A stretch of 64,000 nucleotides of DNA. Origin: Marsupella aquatica (taxonomy: Eukaryota > Plantae > Marchantiophyta). How positions within the stretch are numbered: the stretch's first letter is position 1; every line of letters starts with the position of its first letter. Below the pieces are notes generated by a model, which worked only from the letters and a program-made list of their open reading frames with translations, had not been told where the DNA came from and did no database searches. A program made the translations under genes and the position numbers. Below are positions 59,640 through 64,000 of the stretch, in pieces. Location of the stretch: NCBI GenBank assembly GCA_973895155.1, contig OZ316895.1, positions 16,472,170 to 16,536,169 on the forward strand, read 5' to 3'.

Positions 59640-62562
59640 GCACTTGGCTTGGTGGTTTGAAACTGGCATTTTAGCTAACATTCCAACACATTTAACTACA
59701 GTACGTGATACCAAAACTTTGAAAAGAAGTCCTGCGACACAAACATGTTGTGAATAGTTGAATACTAGTGTTAAAATCAGATTACAAACAGTACAATTAG
59801 GCAGGCTAAGATGAAAAGAACTATTTGGAACAACATCAATCACTGGCCAGAGGGTACCGCCTCTAGTAATATACTGAAACAGCGAGTAGTTTTGTCATTT
59901 TGAGTCGGCACGGGTGAGAGAGGTGGAAAACATGTAATTTATAACCACTTGAGTGCTGCCTTGTGAATCACCTGAACTATACCTGTTAAAATAGGCCCCA
60001 AACACATGTCAAGGATTAGAAAAGTAAACCCAGATACAAGTTTTGGCTAGGTATAATCCAGGTGAACTGAATTTGAAGGCCCCATGGACTACAAGCTTGG
60101 TCTTTGAAACCCCCTTGAACCACATTTCCCAAAATTTGAGCTAAATTGTGATAACTTTACATTCATAATTCAAAAATGTGTTGGTTTTGGGGATGCGCTA
60201 GAGGAATAGGTGAGCCCAGGCTTCCATAAAAGCCAGAAGGAACTTTAGCCAGTTTGTGTGAATTTTTTGTCATAGAATGTGGAGGAGGAAGTCTCTTTAG
60301 ATTAATTTCATTGGGTTAACAGGAAATATTTGGGCTTGTGTTTTCTCATGTGTGCGCCTTCTCCAGTTGCCTTACAAGTGCAACACCAAAATTTATGTTG
60401 CTACTTATAAGCGTCAAATAATGGGCCCCAAATTCCCATTGACCACCACATGTGGTTCATAGGTGCACAGTGTTCAACATGGTGTTCCATCGTGGCTGCA
60501 CGTAGGGGTAAAGCAGATTGAGAAAACATTTTGGTCCAAGGATAAATTAGCTTTTCGGTATCAAAGGATACTAGACTACTAAGTAATGCCCTCCCGTAGT
60601 CCCGCCTCCTCTTGCACAGTCATGCTGGCGCAATCGGCCTATCATTCTGCGTTTTTGTCTTGTCCGCCGTGTTCCCAACTTCCCATCGCTGGGTACAGGA
60701 CTAAAGTCTAAAGGTATTGAAGACGCCAGGAACGACAAGAAGTCAGGGGCGCGTGCTTGTCGTCTCTCCCCACACTCCCAGTCTCCCACAGGCCACATCC
60801 CCACATCCCCACCAGCCTGTGCGTTGTCTGTTGGCCCGGCGCCAGCTTACTCCAGGCGGCTCAGCGGCTAGCTGCGTGTGCTAATCTGGCGCCTCCACTA
60901 ACTCCCGGTTGTAAAGTTAGCAGCAGCAGTACGTTGACGGTAGTCTGCCGAACAGCGAGTTGACTGCTTGGGCTGAGTTTACGGTCGACTTGGGCACAGC
61001 GTCGGTACTCGGTAGCCCTCGTTCGGGAGGTTTGGATGAGGTCCGGTAGGCCTATGGAGTCGTGTTGCTTAGGTGGTAGGATTAATTCAATTAAAGTCCG
61101 ACTTGCACCGGTCCGGAGAAAAATAGGCTCGTCGAAAGGAGAGTTGAGTGGCTGGGCCGAGTTTACGGTAGATTGCCCTAGTCCTGTTCCATATGGTGAT
61201 GCGCTTGGGCGAGCCAAGAATAATTAGTTCCATTTACAGTGAACTGTAGCTAAGCGCACACTCTATAAACACTTACCCTTTATTAGTGCATACCATCTTG
61301 TTCTTCTCTTTTTTTAAACACGGGAAAAGAGATTTTTAAGAGTTTTTTCTAAGTGCACATAGGGCTAAAATCATTTTGCTAAATGACAACTTTATAAACA
61401 CTTACCCTAGATAAGTGATTGAAAGCGCTTATATGTAAATGCATAAATTCCAGAAATATGATTTACCAATAAATGCATGCCCATGTAGAGTGTGTAATGC
61501 ACTTAAGGAATGTGGGCAAAGAATTAGGGCAGAGGTAGGAGGCTGACTAAGGGGTGCGTAGCCCATGCGAACACTGTAGGCTCAATGTATGAACTGTAGT
61601 CCACTTTTGTTTTTACTATGCATTGGAGATAGAATGTTGTCATTTTGAAATAAAGTTTGTTTTCAGGGAATCTTGGTGTGATCTGGGTATATTGTAGTAT
61701 TTACAATGTGCATGGGGAGTTTTAGAGTCCATATCATTGTTCATTCACTTTGTAGTACTCAATCTACCATTGCCCACACAACTTGGTCCCAAATACCTGG
61801 AAACCCTGGATAATTACACATTTAATGAAGGACCCCAAATTAAGCACACTTATCTATTACAACACTTTTTACGGGATGTGCGCTTATCAAGTCATGCAAC
61901 ACCTGGTTTGGTGCATGCCAGATCTGTTTTCCCTAGAGCGTGTGCTTATCCAGAGTTCACTGTATTTCTATTCATATGTACCTGTAGCTTGAGTGCCTCT
62001 TACACATAACTGCAAAGGAACATAAACGCCATACCGGGAGCGATGATCTCAAAGGCCAAAAATAGAGTATAGGGGAAAAACAAACAAAAAACTCACTAAC
62101 CGAAGAACCAAAAGCAAAATATATAAGAATCAAACTAGCCTGAATGACAAACGAATAATATTTTTTTAAGTACTTTTCCATTAAAGATGTTCTAATTGAC
62201 ATAGAACAAATGTGTTTGTCATTTGAAAAGATGTAAATACCCTGCTTGCACCTTCACCTTCAGGTACCCCACAAATCAAGGTCTTGAGGTTTTGCTCTAG
62301 ATCTAAAGTCTAGCTTTGATTAAATAGTTAGATTTCCATTGTACTTATTTAATACAGATTATGAAAATACACATTAGTTAATTAGAAAATAGTGCCTGAA
62401 ACACCTATTATTCTGCTAGTCTTATTGGCATTTTAAGTGAAGAAACCAAGGCCAAGGTAAGCAAATCGTCTGGCCTTGCAATCACAACCTCAAAAACTGA
62501 ATTGATCCTGTGACCCTGCACACAAAACTTTATCCCAAAAATAATGTAGTTTCAAGGGGAAA

Positions 62563-62607
62563 ATTTTAGGGTTGTCTTGTCAACTAGATGCAAGACAACC
62601 CTAAAAT
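62563..62607. repeat. Perfect 17-bp inverted repeat with 11-nt loop
   Basis: ATTTTAGGGTTGTCTTG - tcaactagatg - CAAGACAACCCTAAAAT. Confidence 0.9.
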
Positions 62608-63249
62608 GTTGAGACAATTACCCTGTGTTGTACAATATGAGGGGTCCAGTTGCTCCGGTCTACTGCCACTATCCACCAGGTTTGGGAGGATAAAATACTG
62701 TCTTCATTTTTTTACTTGCTGACTCATCTTAGTAATTGGGAGCAGCCTATCTTTTAGATGCAAATTTTTGCCAGATTCCACTTTTCTAATAAGCCACTTT
62801 TGGCAAAAATTAATTTTCTGTATCCCCTTAGCCAGTTTCCCACCTAGTGGTAGACCCCATCTTCCAGAATCTAAGGGTCATCCTTAACTCTAGGGAGATC
62901 TAATGGTCAGTAAATCATTTTAAAAACACAATTAACGAAGATTCTTAGCATTTTCTCCTTCACATAGGCTCACAATTGCCACACCCACTTTAAAAAAGTT
63001 TTTTTTTTTTTTTTGATTTGGATCCACAAGATTTGCTTTGGAGACTCTGGCAGCTTAATCCGTCAACATCCAAGCTAGGGTGGGGGAAGTGGCCATCCAG
63101 AATTGGAAAAATCACACTACATGAATATGCGGGCTACAGTAGGCTCAAGGAGCCCCCACATTTTTGAGCCATGTCCCTCCCGAACCTAGACCCTTACTTC
63201 CCTCGGACTCCATGGGGCTACGTATGAGACCCCCTAATAATAAAAGTGT

Positions 63250-64000
63250 GCTGGGAGTGGCGAGGGGCTGCTGCCTGCTGGCGGCAGGGCTCGTCCAGAC
63301 GCGAAAAGGCCGGACGGCGGGACGGGCACAGACACGACCGGGGGAGGGGGGGGCCGGGGGGGGGGGGGGGGGGGGCGTCCGGACGGGAAAAGAGTGGCTG
63401 CTTGGATTGGTTTGGGCCGTGGTGTCGACGGGGAGGCGCGGTGATGAGACTACGGTATGCGACTAGGCGGGCGGCTCGGCTCGGCTTGGCTCGGCTCGGC
63501 TCGGCTCGGCTCACGCAGCAAGCATGCAATCCAAACACGATGCTGCTTGTTGTCGTGAGGATCGTCGAGTCGCGGAGCTACACGTCGTGGTGGTCCGTGT
63601 CTCACATCATCAGCGTCTTTCTTCCCGACGAGATCAGAGGCGAAGGAAAATGGTAGCCTAGAAGGCGGCCCGAGGGAGAGAGTCGGTTGGTTGCTCTGCT
63701 CTGCCATACCTTTGCGTAGTGTAGTGGAGTGTAGAGTAGAGCTGGCCCTCGTTGTTTTGTGGACCGATCGTTCGTCGGTACTAACTACTACTTTACTCCC
63801 TCTGGTTGGCCGCTGCGTCGGACTGAAGGCAATAATAATAAGTTTCATCGTGATTGTTGCGGAAGGGGCGAAGGAAGAAGATTGGCGGGACCCGTTCGCG
63901 AGCGCCAGTGGTGGATGAATCGGGGTGTTGATTAGTTTATTGTGCGTGGAGAGCGAGAGAGACGGAGGAGAGTGGCAACGCGTGCGGCGTCGATGCCTTG
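63250..64000. promoter_or_regulatory. GC-rich promoter / 5' UTR-like island of a gene outside the window
   Basis: CpG-rich compared with the CpG-depleted flanks. It contains a long G-tract (63340-63375), a TGGGCC site II-like motif, (GCTCG)n at 63474-63512 and GA-rich leader-like sequence, much like the SR45 upstream region. No CDS was identified. Confidence 0.55.

Noticed and set aside
63164-63918. Several 75-136 aa ORFs on both strands at the right edge
   Set aside because: Expected in stop-poor GC-rich, microsatellite-containing promoter/UTR sequence; no recognisable protein.

Overview
This is eukaryotic nuclear DNA from a land plant: it has GT-AG introns, plant-type genes and plant transposons. 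A non-seed plant such as a liverwort is my inference only. Four intact protein-coding genes can be built by hand. They are the 5' part of an MSRA5-type methionine sulfoxide reductase (minus, runs off the left edge), a 12-exon SR45 splicing factor, a 2-exon BTB/POZ gene and a 5-exon PLATZ transcription factor. A decayed NLR-like locus (P-loop remnant plus LRRs) lies at about 35-39 kb, behind a ~125-bp tandem array. Most of the rest is transposon and repeat sequence. There are two complete Ty1/Copia elements with LTRs, PBS, PPT and 5-bp TSDs; one is old, and the other is young and nested in an L1. There are also L1 fragments, a probable solo LTR, tRNA-derived SINE heads, a MITE family with 8-bp TSDs, a long-TIR element and several minisatellites. 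I found no clearly new biological system. The best leads are a candidate regulatory microexon or poison splice site in the SR45 RRM intron, the CTCG-ended MITE family with an inverted pair, the stop-codon pattern in the young Copia, a possible SINE/L1 shared 3' end, and the collapsed NLR. All comparisons were made by eye; no searches or folding were run.
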